DNA of 64,000 nucleotides from an uncultured Aliarcobacter sp. (lineage in GTDB: Bacteria > Campylobacterota > Campylobacteria > Campylobacterales > Arcobacteraceae): NCBI GenBank assembly GCA_963677435.1, contig OY781945.1, forward strand, positions 1 through 64,000, given 5' to 3'. Shown here piece after piece: positions 36,240 to 47,178 of this stretch (positions are counted from its first letter, which is position 1; the number at the start of each line of letters is the position of its first letter). Below the pieces are notes generated by a model that saw only the letters and a list, made by a program, of their open reading frames with translations, was not told the origin of the DNA and did no database searches. Made by a program: the position numbers and the translations under genes.

Positions 36240-37216
36240 TTTGCTATACTTAAAGTCATACCAAGATAAGTATTGTAAGCAATATAACATAAAAGAAGAA
36301 TCGTTCCTTCAATTCTATTGATTCTACCTTGTCGTTTTTTAAAGCCATAAGCCATTATTAAAAGAGCAATTGTTAAAGCAAACATTACTAACCAATCCCT
36401 ATTTAGAACCTCATTTGGAATATTATTCATTGGATTAATTACTGTTGCAATACCAATTACAGCTAAAAGATTGAACATATTAGAACCAACAACATTTCCA
36501 ATAGCAATATCATGCTCACCTTTACGAGCAGCAACAACAGAAGCTGCTAATTCGGGTAATGAAGTTCCTAGAGCTACAATTGTAAGACCAATTATTAAAT
36601 CACTTACTCCAAACTCATGGGCAATTCCAACTGCACCCCAAACTAAGATTCTTGAACTTCCAATTAATAATACAATTCCAATAATTAACCAAACAATTCC
36701 TGCTTTTAAACTCATATCATGTTCAATTAATTCATCTTCAATACTTGATTCTAAAATATCACCTTTACCTTTAATTGCTGAGTAAATTGACCAAGCTATT
36801 AAAGTAAAAAATCCACCTAAAAGAACAATACCTTCTATAAATGTTAAAGTATCATCTAACAATAGATATCCAGTTAAAAGAACAATTAAAAGTAAAAGAG
36901 GAATCTCTTTTTTTACTATTTTTGAATTTACAATAATAGGCGAAACAATAGCCGTAATTCCCAAAATAAGGGCAACATTTACAATATTAGAACCTAATGC
37001 ATTTCCCAATGCTAATGAAGGATTTCCCTCAAGTGCAGCAATTGCAGAAACAACCATTTCAGGGGCACTTGTTCCAAATCCTACAATTAAAATTCCGATT
37101 AATAAACTTGGCATTCCTAGATGTTTTGCAGTTGATGCAGCACCATCAACAAACTTATCTGCACTCCAAACAAGTATTGCAAATCCAGCTAGTATAGCTA
37201 GCGAAAATAAAACCAT
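36236..37216 (-). CDS. Calcium/sodium antiporter (YrbG family)
   Basis: Two alpha repeats GTSAPE/GTSLPE and GSNIVN/GSNMFN. Confidence 0.93.
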   Translation of the reverse strand: MVLFSLAILAGFAILVWSADKFVDGAASTAKHLGMPSLLIGILIVGFGTSAPEMVVSAIAALEGNPSLALGNALGSNIVNVALILGITAIVSPIIVNSKIVKKEIPLLLLIVLLTGYLLLDDTLTFIEGIVLLGGFFTLIAWSIYSAIKGKGDILESSIEDELIEHDMSLKAGIVWLIIGIVLLIGSSRILVWGAVGIAHEFGVSDLIIGLTIVALGTSLPELAASVVAARKGEHDIAIGNVVGSNMFNLLAVIGIATVINPMNNIPNEVLNRDWLVMFALTIALLIMAYGFKKRQGRINRIEGTILLLCYIAYNTYLGMTLSIAN

Positions 37217-37266
37217 TTTTTACCTTTTATATTTATAATTTTGCAATTATAGTAAGTTTTTATTAA

Positions 37267-38157
37267 TCAAAAGTTTATAGAGACATAAAAGCTTAAATCA
37301 AATTCATTGCTCTCATCTAGAAAATCTATCTTATTATAAATTGCATAAGATGGTTTTGTTGTAGTTTCATATTCACTTTTAGGTAGCCACTCATGGTAAA
37401 CCCAATGAATAAAAGGTAAAACATCTCCCGTTTTACCTTTTAAATCAAATCTTGCATAAACACCATCTGCAATTTTGAAATTTGGCAATCTATCACTTTT
37501 TACACTCTTTTTATCATCAACAACTATACACCCAATATATTGACACTCATTTAAAGGTGTAATTGTAGGATTATCATGAAAAAGTGCAATTCTTTTATAT
37601 GAAGTAATATTATTTGTCAAAATCCAAGTTTGGAGTTTTTGCCAAGTCTCTGTAATATTTACATTGTAACCTTTATTTCTGATATAAAAACTCTCAATTG
37701 CTGGCATTTTTACAATAGTTGGTTTCATATCTTTAAAACTTGCTTTTGATTGCATTGCTCGTTGTGATTGTTGTAAGATTTTATTTGAATACTCTTTATA
37801 TCCACCATTTCTCCACTCTTTTGGAGTCATTTCAAATCGTTCTTTAAATGTTTTTATAAAAGATGATTGAGAAGAATATCCACATAAATTAACAATATTT
37901 GAAATAGTTGAGTATTTATTAGTTAAAAGTAGATTTGACGCTTTTTGCAGTCTTATTGATTTAATACTTTCATAAATATTTTTTCCAAATGCCTCTTTGA
38001 AAATCCTATGCATATGAAATTTACTTATATTTAAATCAATACTTAGTTCTTCAATATCAATATTTGTCTCAATATGAGTATAAATATAGTACATAATATC
38101 GTTTGCAATTTTTGTTCTTTTTTGTAAGGTTTCTTTTTTCATACTAAATTGTAGCAT
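37267..38157 (-). CDS. AraC family regulator with C-terminal GyrI-like domain
   Basis: N-terminal SKFHMHRIFK HTH, GYSSQSSFIKTFK, C-terminal HDNP..T and WLPKS. Confidence 0.9.
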   Translation of the reverse strand: MLQFSMKKETLQKRTKIANDIMYYIYTHIETNIDIEELSIDLNISKFHMHRIFKEAFGKNIYESIKSIRLQKASNLLLTNKYSTISNIVNLCGYSSQSSFIKTFKERFEMTPKEWRNGGYKEYSNKILQQSQRAMQSKASFKDMKPTIVKMPAIESFYIRNKGYNVNITETWQKLQTWILTNNITSYKRIALFHDNPTITPLNECQYIGCIVVDDKKSVKSDRLPNFKIADGVYARFDLKGKTGDVLPFIHWVYHEWLPKSEYETTTKPSYAIYNKIDFLDESNEFDLSFYVSINF

Positions 38158-38269
38158 TTTTAAACTATAAATTTAGCATTAATAAACAATTTTTAAAGCA
38201 CTTAAAAAGAAGAACTATTTTTATTATTTCCCTAAAATTCAAGCGTTAAATAAACACAAGGGTTTACTT

Positions 38270-38521
38270 ATGGAAATAAACTTAGTAGCAGAGTCAATAA
38301 AATTCATGTTTTTAGGGATGGGAGTAGTATTTGCATTCCTAATAATAATGATATTTGTATTAAAAGCACAAGGTGCAATACTAACAAGATTTTTTCCTCA
38401 AAAAGAAAAAGTTGTAAATGTAGTAACAACACCTGCAAAAGTAAATAATACAAATGTAGAAACTGCAAAAATAGCCGCAATAGTTGCAGCAGTGCAACAT
38501 CATAAAAATCTAAAGGGTTAA
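38270..38521 (+). CDS. oadG: Na+-translocating decarboxylase gamma subunit
   Basis: MFLGMGVVFAFL TM, AAIVAAVQHH; first gene of oadGAB. Confidence 0.88.
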   Translation: MEINLVAESIKFMFLGMGVVFAFLIIMIFVLKAQGAILTRFFPQKEKVVNVVTTPAKVNNTNVETAKIAAIVAAVQHHKNLKG

Positions 38522-38526
38522 AATAT

Positions 38527-40353
38527 ATGTCTAAAAAATATATAGATATCATGGACACAACTTTTAGGGATGGATTCCAATCTGTCTTTGGAGGAAGAGT
38601 TCTAATGAATGATTTCTTTCCAGCAGTTGCTGCTGCAAAAGAAGCTGGGATAACTCACTTTGAGTTCGGTGGAGGAGCTAGGTTCCAATCTTTATTCTTC
38701 TATCTTCAAGAAAATGCATTTGATATGATGGATAAATTTAGGCAAATCGTTGGCCCAGATGCAAACTTACAAACTTTGGCTCGTGGTATAAACACAGTTA
38801 TGCTAGATACGGGATCAAGAGAACTAATCGACTTACATGCAAAAATGTTTGCAAAACATGGAACAACAACTATTCGTAACTTTGATGCTTTAAATGATGT
38901 TCAAAATCTTGAATATTCTGCTGAATGTATTAAAAAATATGGTTTGAACCATGAAGTAGTAATCACATTGATGGATTTACCTCCTGGTTGTTTTGGTGCT
39001 CATGATGTTGCTTTTTATGAAAAAACATTAAGACAAATTCTTGATAGTGGACTTCCTTATGATTCAATCTGTTTTAAAGATGCTTCTGGAACAAGCTCGC
39101 CTCAAAAAGTATATGAAACAATTCAAATGGCAAGAAGATTAGTTGGAGATAATACTCACCTTCGTCTTCATACCCATGAAACAGCTGGTGTTTCAGTTGC
39201 ATGTTATTTAGCTGCTTTAGATGCTGGTGCTGATGGTATTGATTTAGCTGCTTCTCCTGTAAGTGGTGGAACAAGTCAACCTGATATTCTTACTATGCTT
39301 CATGCTGTAAAAGGTAAAAATTATGATCTGGGTGGTTTAGAAATTGAAAAGATTCTAAAATACCAAGAAACATTAAATCACTGTTTAAAAGATTACTTTA
39401 TTCCCCCTGAAGCTACACAAGTTTCTCCTTTAATTCCTTTTTCTCCAATGCCAGGTGGCGCATTAACTGCTAATACTCAAATGATGAGAGATAATGGAAC
39501 TTTAGATAAATTCCCTGAAGTTATTAAAGCTATGAGAGAAGTAGTTGAAAGAGGTGGATATGGTACATCTGTAACTCCTGTTTCTCAATTTTATTGGCAA
39601 CAAGCATACGCAAATGTAATGTTTGGACCTTGGAAACAAATTGCTCCTGGTTATGGGAAAATGGTATTAGGATACTTTGGTAAAACTCCTGTTCCTGCTG
39701 ACCCAGAAATTATAGCCTTAGCTGCACAAAAATTAAAACTAGAACCAACTAGTGAAAATCCTTTAGATATTGCAGATAGAGATGAAAAGAAAAAAATCTC
39801 TGTTTGGAAACAAAGATTAGAATTAGAAGGTATTGCTACAACTGAAGAAAATATCTTTATTGCAGCTGCTTGTGATGAAAAAGGTATTGCTTTCTTAAAA
39901 GGTGAATCACCTTTTAATGTAAGAAAAAATGATGCTGTTTGTGAAGATGATAAAGATTGTAAATTAGGAGAGAAGAAAATGAATAACTCAAGTGGAAATT
40001 ATACAGTTGTTGTTGATGGTCAAAAGTTTAATGTAACTATTGCTGAAGGTAATGCTGATATTCAAGTAACACCTGTTGCTAATACTAATGTAGTAAATAA
40101 TACAGTAGCCTCTCCAGCTGCTGCACCTGTTACAAGTGGAGGAACTGCTGTTCCTGCTGCTGTTAATGGTGCAGTTTGGAAGATTCTTGTAAAAGAAGGT
40201 GATTATGTTGAAGCTGATCAACAAATTATGATTTTAGAAGCTATGAAAATGGAAATAGAGATTAATGCACCAGTTGCTGGAACTATTACTAAAATTTTAG
40301 TTAATAATACTCAAGCTGTAGATGAGGGAGAAACATTAGCCATTATTGGTTAA
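38527..40353 (+). CDS. oadA: Oxaloacetate decarboxylase alpha subunit (carboxyltransferase + biotin carrier)
   Basis: DTTFRDGFQS, FKDASG, LHTHET, PGGALT, VTPVSQ, biotin motif EAMKM. Confidence 0.88.
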   Translation: MSKKYIDIMDTTFRDGFQSVFGGRVLMNDFFPAVAAAKEAGITHFEFGGGARFQSLFFYLQENAFDMMDKFRQIVGPDANLQTLARGINTVMLDTGSRELIDLHAKMFAKHGTTTIRNFDALNDVQNLEYSAECIKKYGLNHEVVITLMDLPPGCFGAHDVAFYEKTLRQILDSGLPYDSICFKDASGTSSPQKVYETIQMARRLVGDNTHLRLHTHETAGVSVACYLAALDAGADGIDLAASPVSGGTSQPDILTMLHAVKGKNYDLGGLEIEKILKYQETLNHCLKDYFIPPEATQVSPLIPFSPMPGGALTANTQMMRDNGTLDKFPEVIKAMREVVERGGYGTSVTPVSQFYWQQAYANVMFGPWKQIAPGYGKMVLGYFGKTPVPADPEIIALAAQKLKLEPTSENPLDIADRDEKKKISVWKQRLELEGIATTEENIFIAAACDEKGIAFLKGESPFNVRKNDAVCEDDKDCKLGEKKMNNSSGNYTVVVDGQKFNVTIAEGNADIQVTPVANTNVVNNTVASPAAAPVTSGGTAVPAAVNGAVWKILVKEGDYVEADQQIMILEAMKMEIEINAPVAGTITKILVNNTQAVDEGETLAIIG

Positions 40354-40368
40354 TGTTATAAAAGGGAA

Positions 40369-41700
40369 TTGATGAAAAAAAATATATTAGTAGCTTTTTT
40401 TCTTGTGTTTACACTTTTTACATCTACTAGCTTTGCGTCAACAAATTCAGAGTCAGTTGTAAATACACAAGATAAAGAGACTTATCACTCAAAAACAATG
40501 GGTGAATTAGTAGCATCATTTTATGCAACAACTGGAATAAAAGCACTGCTACAACCCCATGAAGGTGTAAAAGATTCAAGAGGATTAGAAATGAGTCTAT
40601 TTGCCCAAAGTGGTGGTAGAGTTATTATGATTCTTATTTGTTTTTTATTGTTTTATTTAGCAATTAAAAAAGGATTTGAACCATTATTACTACTTCCAAT
40701 TGGATTTGGTGGATTATTAGCAAATATTCCAATTGCTAATATGGCAAGTGACCATGGGATGTTAGGTATTATTTATAATATGGGAATTGCAAATGAGTTT
40801 TTCCCATTATTAATATTTATGGGTGTGGGAGCTATGACAGACTTTGGTCCATTATTAGCTAATCCAAAAACTGCCCTTCTTGGTGGTGCTGCACAGTTTG
40901 GTATTTTTGGATCACTTGTTGGTGCTGTTGTTCTTTCTCAATATGTTCCAGGGATCGATTTTACACTTCAACAAGCAGCAGCTATTTCTATTATTGGAGG
41001 AGCTGATGGACCAACATCTATATTTATAGCCTCTGCTTTAGCACCTGAATTACTAGGAGCAATAGCAGTAGCAGCATATTCATATATGGCATTAGTACCA
41101 GTTATTCAACCTCCAATTATGAAGGTGTTAACAACTGATAGTGAGAGAAGAATAAAAATGAAATCTACAAGAAAGGTTTCAAAACTAGAGAAAATCATCT
41201 TTCCTTTAGTAGTATTAACACTAACAATTTTAATATTGCCAGATGCAGCACCATTAATTGGAGCATTATGCTTTGGAAATTTTGCGAAAGAATCAGGAGT
41301 TGTTGATAGACTTTCTGATACAATGCAAAACGCATTAATCAATATTGTAACTATATTTTTAGGATTAGGTGTTGGTTCAAAACTAGCATCAGAGCAATTC
41401 TTAGTAGCAGAGACAATGGGAATTATGATAATAGGTCTTTTGGCATTTAGTGCAGGAACAGCAATGGGTGTTATAATGGCTAAATTAATGAATTTAGTAA
41501 GTTCAAAAGATAATCAGATCAATCCTTTGATTGGAGCAGCAGGAGTATCAGCTGTGCCAATGGCAGCAAGGGTTGTAAGTAAAGAAGGTCAGCTTTATGA
41601 CAAATCGAACATTTTATTAATGCATGCGATGGGTCCTAATGTGGCTGGGGTAATTGGTTCAGCGGTTGCTGCTGGTGTCCTTTTATCGATATTTAAATAA
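40369..41700 (+). CDS. oadB: Na+-translocating decarboxylase beta subunit
   Basis: [47 protein letters not shown]. Confidence 0.95.
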   Translation: MMKKNILVAFFLVFTLFTSTSFASTNSESVVNTQDKETYHSKTMGELVASFYATTGIKALLQPHEGVKDSRGLEMSLFAQSGGRVIMILICFLLFYLAIKKGFEPLLLLPIGFGGLLANIPIANMASDHGMLGIIYNMGIANEFFPLLIFMGVGAMTDFGPLLANPKTALLGGAAQFGIFGSLVGAVVLSQYVPGIDFTLQQAAAISIIGGADGPTSIFIASALAPELLGAIAVAAYSYMALVPVIQPPIMKVLTTDSERRIKMKSTRKVSKLEKIIFPLVVLTLTILILPDAAPLIGALCFGNFAKESGVVDRLSDTMQNALINIVTIFLGLGVGSKLASEQFLVAETMGIMIIGLLAFSAGTAMGVIMAKLMNLVSSKDNQINPLIGAAGVSAVPMAARVVSKEGQLYDKSNILLMHAMGPNVAGVIGSAVAAGVLLSIFK

Positions 41701-41715
41701 TTAAAATCTTTTTCT

Positions 41716-41748
41716 AAGCCTAGATAGATTCACTCTATCTAGGCTTTT
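41716..41748 (+). terminator. Intrinsic terminator after oadB
   Basis: 13-bp stem AAGCCTAGATAGA/TCTATCTAGGCTT, 5-nt loop, T-rich tail. Confidence 0.8.
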
Positions 41749-41827
41749 CTTATTTTTAAATCAAATCTTTTTACCTTAATTTTCCTCTTTATTTTTTATC
41801 ATTCTTTAAAATAACCCTAGGTTTTTA

Positions 41828-41856
41828 TTGACTTCTATTTACTAAAGTGTTATGCT
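41828..41856 (+). promoter_or_regulatory. Sigma70-type promoter of the cyd operon
   Basis: TTGACT, 17 nt, TATGCT with an extended -10 TG. Confidence 0.6.
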
Positions 41857-41887
41857 TTCTTTTATAATTATAATAAGGGAAAATTAT

Positions 41888-42100
41888 ATGTTAATAATTA
41901 AGAATATTTATTATTTTTATCTTAATGGTTTCAAGAATATGAGACTAGGTAAGACTTTATGGAAAATTGTCTTAATAAAATTATTAGTCATACTTATATT
42001 TATAAATCTTTTCATTGACAACAAATCATTAAAATCTGAATATAAAACTTATGATGAAAAAGTTGATTTTGTTTATAAAAATCTAATCAAAGAAAATTAG
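41888..42100 (+). CDS. DUF4492-like small membrane protein upstream of cydA
   Basis: FYLNGFKNMRLGKTLWKIVLIKL pattern; start set at ATG 41888 after AAGGGA. Confidence 0.75.
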   Translation: MLIIKNIYYFYLNGFKNMRLGKTLWKIVLIKLLVILIFINLFIDNKSLKSEYKTYDEKVDFVYKNLIKEN

Positions 42101-42112
42101 AAGGAATTTAAA

Positions 42113-43642
42113 ATGGAAGAACATTTAGTAGATTGGTCCCGTGCCCAATTTGCACTAACAGCCATGTATCATTGGATATTTGTTCCATTGACTCTTGGTC
42201 TTGGATTTATAGTTGCAATAATGGAAAGTATTTATGTAAAAACAAATGATGAATTTTGGAAAAAAACTACAAAATTTTGGATGGGTTTATTTGCAATAAA
42301 TTTTGCAATTGGAATAGCAACTGGCCTTATTATGGAATTTGAGTTTGGAACAAACTGGGCAAATTACTCTTGGTTTGTGGGTGATATTTTTGGAGCGCCT
42401 CTTGCTATTGAGGGTATTTTTGCATTCTTTTTAGAGAGTACTTTTTTTGCTGTTATGTTTTTTGGTTGGAATAAAGTAAGTAAGAAGTTCCATTTATTAT
42501 CAACATGGCTGGTGGCAATTGGATCAAATTTATCAGCACTTTGGATACTTGTAGCAAATGGATGGATGCAGTATCCAACAGGAATGACATTTAATCCTGA
42601 TAGTGTAAGAAATGAGATGAATAACTTTTGGGATATTTTATTATCACCAGTTGCCGTTAGTAAATTTTTACATACTATTGGAAGTGGATATGTTTTAGCT
42701 TCTTTATTTGTAATTGGCATTAGTGCTTGGTATTTACTAAAAGGTAGAGATATTTTATTTGCAAAAAAATCAATGATTATAGGTGCAAGTTTTGGGCTTA
42801 TAACTTCTTTATTCTTAATTTTAAGTGGAGATGAATCAGCTCATCAAGTTGCTCTTAAACAACCTATGAAACTAGCTGCAATTGAAGGCTTGTATGAAGG
42901 AAAAGAAGATGCAGGAATTGTTGCCTTTGGAATATTAAATCCAAAAAAAACAATTTCAAATAAAGAAGAACCCTTTTTATTTGAAGTTACAATTCCTTAT
43001 GCTTTGTCTTTATTAGGTTATCACGATATTAATGCTTATGTGCCTGGAATAAAAGATTTAGTTTATGGAAATGAACAAAGAGGAATTATAAGTACTGTTG
43101 AGAAAATGCAAAAAGGAAAAATTGCTGTAAATTCTTTAGAAAATTACAAAGAAGCAAAAGATTCAAATAATCAACTATTACAAGAGGAATCAAAAGTATT
43201 ACTTGAAGAAAACATGAAATATTTTGGTTATGGACATATCAAAAATCCGCAAGATGTTATTCCACCAATTGCAATGGGTTTTTATTCATTTCATATTATG
43301 GTTGCTCTTGGAATGTGGTTCACTTTACTTTTTATAATTGTTTTATTCTTTTTAACAAAAAAAGAGATTTTAAATTATCCACTTGTTTTAAAATCTGCCT
43401 TATGGAGTATTCCTCTTGGATACATAGCAAGTGAAGCTGGTTGGATTGTAACAGAAGTTGGAAGACAACCTTGGGCTATTCAAGATTTAATGCCAGTAGG
43501 CATTGCTGCAACAAAAATAGCAACTACTAATGTAATTATTAGTTTTTTTGTATTTGCAATACTTTTTACAGTATTACTTATTGCAGAAATAAAAATTATG
43601 ACAAAACAAATAGGTCTTGGGCCTGAAAGTAAGGAGCACTAA
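42113..43642 (+). CDS. cydA: Cytochrome bd oxidase subunit I
   Basis: SRAQFALTAMYHWIF, EFGTNW, QPMKLAAIEG, TEVGRQPW. Confidence 0.97.
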   Translation: MEEHLVDWSRAQFALTAMYHWIFVPLTLGLGFIVAIMESIYVKTNDEFWKKTTKFWMGLFAINFAIGIATGLIMEFEFGTNWANYSWFVGDIFGAPLAIEGIFAFFLESTFFAVMFFGWNKVSKKFHLLSTWLVAIGSNLSALWILVANGWMQYPTGMTFNPDSVRNEMNNFWDILLSPVAVSKFLHTIGSGYVLASLFVIGISAWYLLKGRDILFAKKSMIIGASFGLITSLFLILSGDESAHQVALKQPMKLAAIEGLYEGKEDAGIVAFGILNPKKTISNKEEPFLFEVTIPYALSLLGYHDINAYVPGIKDLVYGNEQRGIISTVEKMQKGKIAVNSLENYKEAKDSNNQLLQEESKVLLEENMKYFGYGHIKNPQDVIPPIAMGFYSFHIMVALGMWFTLLFIIVLFFLTKKEILNYPLVLKSALWSIPLGYIASEAGWIVTEVGRQPWAIQDLMPVGIAATKIATTNVIISFFVFAILFTVLLIAEIKIMTKQIGLGPESKEH

Positions 43643-44776
43643 ATGGGATTTGGATCACTTGAACTTTTAAGCCTCCAACAATATTGGTGGATTATAATAT
43701 CTTTACTTGGTGGTCTTTTTGTATTTCTTATGTTTGTTCAAGGTGGACAAACTTTAATAGATACTTTAAGTAAAAATGAGACTGAGAAAACTATGTTAAT
43801 AAATAGTTTAGGAAGAAAATGGGAACTTGGGTTTACAACTTTAGTTCTATTTGGTGGAGGTTTATTTGCAGCCTTTCCTTTATTTTATGCAACAAGTTTT
43901 GGTGGTGCTTATTGGGTTTGGTTAGCAATTTTATTTTGTTTTATTATCCAAGCTGTAAGTTATGAATTTAGAAGTAAACCTAATAATTTTTTAGGTCAAA
44001 AAACGTTTGAAATGTTTTTAAAAATTAATGGAAATATAGGAACCTTTTTATTAGGAGTTGCTATTAGTACATTTTTTAGTGGAAGCGAATTTATAGTTGA
44101 TTCTAATAACTTTGTAGATTGGCAAAATCCTCTAAGAGGATTAGAAGCGCTATTTAATCCATATAATTATCTTTTAGGTTTTGCTCTTGTATTTTTAGCA
44201 AAAATAAGTGGTGCTTTATATTTTATAAATAATATTAATTATGAAGAAATAAGAGAAAAAGCTATAAAGTCTATTAAAATTAATATGATTCTATTTTTAT
44301 TCTTCTTTTTGACATTTATGCTTTGGATTCTTACTAAAAGTGGATATAGTGTAGAAAGTAGTGGTTTAATAACTCTTAAAAGTTTCAAATACTTTCAAAA
44401 CTTCATTGATATGCCAATTGTGCTAGTTATGTTTTTAGCAGGTGTTTTAATGGTTATTGTTGCAGTATTTGTAACTATTCAATTTAAAAGAACTTGTTGT
44501 ATAAAAACAGCAGGTTTTGGAATAGTATTAACAGTTATGGCAATATTATTAAATGTAGGATTAAACAATACTTCATACTATCCATCAACTAGTGATTTGC
44601 AAAGTAGTTTAACTATTATGAATAGTTCAGGAAGCCATTATACTTTAACGACAATGAGTTATGTTTCACTTATGGTGCCTTTTGTACTAGCTTATATAGC
44701 CTATGCTTGGTATAGTATGGATAAGGTAAAAATTACAAAAGAAGAAATTGAATCTTCTGATTCTCATAATTATTAA
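43643..44776 (+). CDS. cydB: Cytochrome bd oxidase subunit II
   Basis: Follows cydA; LGRKWELGFTTLVLFGGGLFAAFP, YEFRSK, SLTIMNSSGSHYTL. Confidence 0.93.
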   Translation: MGFGSLELLSLQQYWWIIISLLGGLFVFLMFVQGGQTLIDTLSKNETEKTMLINSLGRKWELGFTTLVLFGGGLFAAFPLFYATSFGGAYWVWLAILFCFIIQAVSYEFRSKPNNFLGQKTFEMFLKINGNIGTFLLGVAISTFFSGSEFIVDSNNFVDWQNPLRGLEALFNPYNYLLGFALVFLAKISGALYFINNINYEEIREKAIKSIKINMILFLFFFLTFMLWILTKSGYSVESSGLITLKSFKYFQNFIDMPIVLVMFLAGVLMVIVAVFVTIQFKRTCCIKTAGFGIVLTVMAILLNVGLNNTSYYPSTSDLQSSLTIMNSSGSHYTLTTMSYVSLMVPFVLAYIAYAWYSMDKVKITKEEIESSDSHNY

Positions 44777-44789
44777 GAAAAGGAACTTT

Positions 44790-44891
44790 ATGGAATATAT
44801 TAATGAATTATTATGGCTGAGTCTTTGGCCCGTAATTTTATATCTTGCATATAAAATTTCAATTAAAAATGCAACAAAGGAGATAACATGA
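44790..44891 (+). CDS. 33-aa single-TM peptide, putative small cytochrome bd subunit (CydX/CydY-like)
   Basis: AAGGA RBS; MEYINELLWLSLWPVILYLAYKISIKNATKEIT; 13 nt after the cydB stop; its TGA overlaps the next ATG. Below the ORF-track cutoff. Confidence 0.72.
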   Translation: MEYINELLWLSLWPVILYLAYKISIKNATKEIT

Positions 44892-45337
44892 TTGCAATAC
44901 CAATAAAAACAAATAAATTAAATAGTGCGATTTCAACCCTATTTGGAAAAGCAAAATATTTTGCCTTAATTAACAATAAAGGTATAGAGATTATAAAAAA
45001 TGAACAAAAAAATGGACAAGCTGTTATAGATTGGCTAAAAAGTAAAAATGTAGATACTCTTATCACTTCATATTTAGGTAAAAAAGAGTTCTTAAAGCTT
45101 ATGAATAATATCAGAATATTTTTTGCTGATGATAAAACAATACCTATAGATAATTTATTATTAAAATACTCAGAAGGTGACTTACATATTTTAAATCAAA
45201 GAAATTATAGTAATTTTTTTAAAGAAGAACTTGAAAATAATGATTGTTCAAAAATAAATGAAAGTACTGAACATTTAGAAAATAAATCTAAATCACATAA
45301 TAGAATGGTAGAGTTATCGGATTTTTATAAAATATAA
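44888..45337 (+). CDS. NifB/NifX (FeMo-cofactor-binding fold) family protein
   Basis: IAIP...ISTLFGKAKYFALI...VDTLITSYLG pattern. Confidence 0.7.
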   Translation: MIAIPIKTNKLNSAISTLFGKAKYFALINNKGIEIIKNEQKNGQAVIDWLKSKNVDTLITSYLGKKEFLKLMNNIRIFFADDKTIPIDNLLLKYSEGDLHILNQRNYSNFFKEELENNDCSKINESTEHLENKSKSHNRMVELSDFYKI

Positions 45338-45346
45338 GTAAAAAAG

Positions 45347-45423
<77 letters not shown>

Positions 45424-45490
45424 ACTAATTAATAAAGCTAAAAAAAGCCTTACATAAAAAGTCTAAACTTCTTATATAAGGCTTGTAAAA

Positions 45491-45567
45491 TGGAGCGGGA
45501 GACGAGACTCGAACTCGCGACAGTCTGCTTGGAAGGCAGAAGCTCTAGCCAACTGAGCTACTCCCGC
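45491..45567 (-). tRNA. tRNA-Gly(TCC)
   Basis: GCGGGAGTAGCTCAG...CTTCCAA...GTTCGAGTC...TCCA. Confidence 0.97.
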
Positions 45568-45574
45568 TCAATAG

Positions 45575-45659
45575 TGGTGCGGATGAGAAGACTCGAACTT
45601 CCACACCGTGAGGCACCAGATCCTAAGTCTGGCGTGTCTACCAATTTCACCACATCCGC
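45575..45659 (-). tRNA. tRNA-Leu(TAG)
   Basis: GCGGATGTGGTGAAATTGGTAGACAC...CTTAGGA, long variable arm, CCA end. Confidence 0.97.
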
Positions 45660-45711
45660 AATAAATTTTTTTGAAAAAATGTCTAGTTGGTAATCTAAAC
45701 CAAAAAAAAAG

Positions 45712-45788
<77 letters not shown>

Positions 45789-45803
45789 AACAATATAAAA
45801 AAA

Positions 45804-45881
45804 TGGGGTAAGTAATGGGGCTCGAACCCACGACCCTCTGAACCACAACCAGATGCTCTAACCAACTGAGCTATACCTACC
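45804..45881 (-). tRNA. tRNA-His(GTG)
   Basis: GGTAGGTATAGCTCAG...TTGTGGT...GTTCGAGCCC...CCCA, including G-1. Confidence 0.96.
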
Positions 45882-45898
45882 ACAGGTTAAAAATAAAG

Positions 45899-45976
45899 TG
45901 GTCGGGGCGAGAGGATTCGAACCTCCGGCCCCCTGGTCCCAAACCAGGTGCGCTAACCAGACTGCGCTACGCCCCG
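45899..45976 (-). tRNA. tRNA-Pro(TGG)
   Basis: CGGGGCGTAGCGCAG...TTTGGGA...GTTCGAATCC...ACCA. Confidence 0.97.
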
Positions 45977-46013
45977 ACAAAATATTTTTGAAGTTTCACA
46001 AAAAGTGGACGGA

Positions 46014-46042
46014 ATTATATTAAGTTTTTTAGTATTTGTCAA
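46014..46042 (-). promoter_or_regulatory. Consensus sigma70 promoter of the tRNA operon
   Basis: TTGACA, 17 nt, TATAAT, followed by a GC-rich discriminator TCCGTCC. Confidence 0.85.
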
Positions 46043-46090
46043 GTCTTTTTCGAAGGAATTTCAAAAAATTTCAAAATTCCTTCAAATTTG

Positions 46091-46870
46091 TCAAAATTGG
46101 ATTAATCCATCAATTGGTGAACTAGCCGTTGCATAGGGTTTTTTAGGGATTCTTCCTGCTTTATAACCCATTCTTCCTGCTATTACTGCATACTTCATAG
46201 CTTCAGCCATTAGTATTGGATTTTGTGCACAAGCTATCGCTGTGTTAGTTAAAACAGCTTCTGCACCTAATTCCATAGCAATTGTTGCATCACTTGCACA
46301 CCCAACACCGGCATCAACAATAACTGGAACTTTTACTGCATCTTTTATAAATGCAATGTTGTATCTATTTTGAATTCCAAGTCCTGAACCAATTGGTGCA
46401 GCAAGAGGCATAATTGCATCAGCGCCTGCATCTTCTAATCTTTTTGCAATAATTGGATCATCATTTGTGTATGCCATAATTGTAAAACCCTCTTTTTTTA
46501 GAATTTCACAAGCTTTGATTGTCTCTATTACATCTGGATATAAAGTTTTAGCAGCATCTCCAATAACTTCAAGTTTAATAATATCAATGCCTGTAGCTTC
46601 TCTCATTAATCTAAAAGTTGTAATTGCTTCTTCTGCTGTGAAACACCCTGCACTATTTGGTAAAAGTTTTACATTTGTATCTTTGAAATAATCTAATAAA
46701 TTCTCTTCATTTGGATTCATAATATTAACTCTTCTAATTGCAACAGTAATTAATTCACTTCCACTTGCTATTGTTGCATCTTTTGTAGTTTGAAAATCCT
46801 TATATTTACCACTTCCAACGATTAATCTGCTATTAAATTCATAATTACCTATTTTTAAAATATCACTCAT
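46091..46870 (-). CDS. thiG: Thiazole synthase
   Basis: [36 protein letters not shown]. Confidence 0.97.
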   Translation of the reverse strand: MSDILKIGNYEFNSRLIVGSGKYKDFQTTKDATIASGSELITVAIRRVNIMNPNEENLLDYFKDTNVKLLPNSAGCFTAEEAITTFRLMREATGIDIIKLEVIGDAAKTLYPDVIETIKACEILKKEGFTIMAYTNDDPIIAKRLEDAGADAIMPLAAPIGSGLGIQNRYNIAFIKDAVKVPVIVDAGVGCASDATIAMELGAEAVLTNTAIACAQNPILMAEAMKYAVIAGRMGYKAGRIPKKPYATASSPIDGLIQF

Positions 46871-47178
46871 ATTGTATTATCTCCTATAAATTTTAAATAT
46901 TCTTTACTTGCATTTGTAATATCTAATTGAATAATTTCAGGCAAATCATAACTATGTAATTCTTTTATTTTGCTTTTAACTTTTTCAAAATTTTCTTTTA
47001 TTGTTTTTATGTTTACTAGGGTTTCACTCTCGCAACAAAATTCATTATTCCAAGAGTAAAAAGATTCAATTTCACTTAATTGCACACAAGCTGCAAGTTT
47101 CTCTTCTATTAGAACTTTTGCTATATTTTTTGCCTCGTCTTTATTTGAACAAGTTGTTTGAATCAAAACTATATTCAT
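46867..47178 (-). CDS. cutA: Divalent cation tolerance protein CutA
   Basis: [21 protein letters not shown]. Confidence 0.93.
   Translation of the reverse strand: MNIVLIQTTCSNKDEAKNIAKVLIEEKLAACVQLSEIESFYSWNNEFCCESETLVNIKTIKENFEKVKSKIKELHSYDLPEIIQLDITNASKEYLKFIGDNTI

Noticed and set aside
44888..45337. Evidence for nitrogen fixation
   Set aside because: The NifX-like fold is widespread outside nif clusters and no nif genes are in the window.
45490..45693. 67-aa plus-strand ORF
   Set aside because: Antisense to tRNA-Gly and tRNA-Leu.
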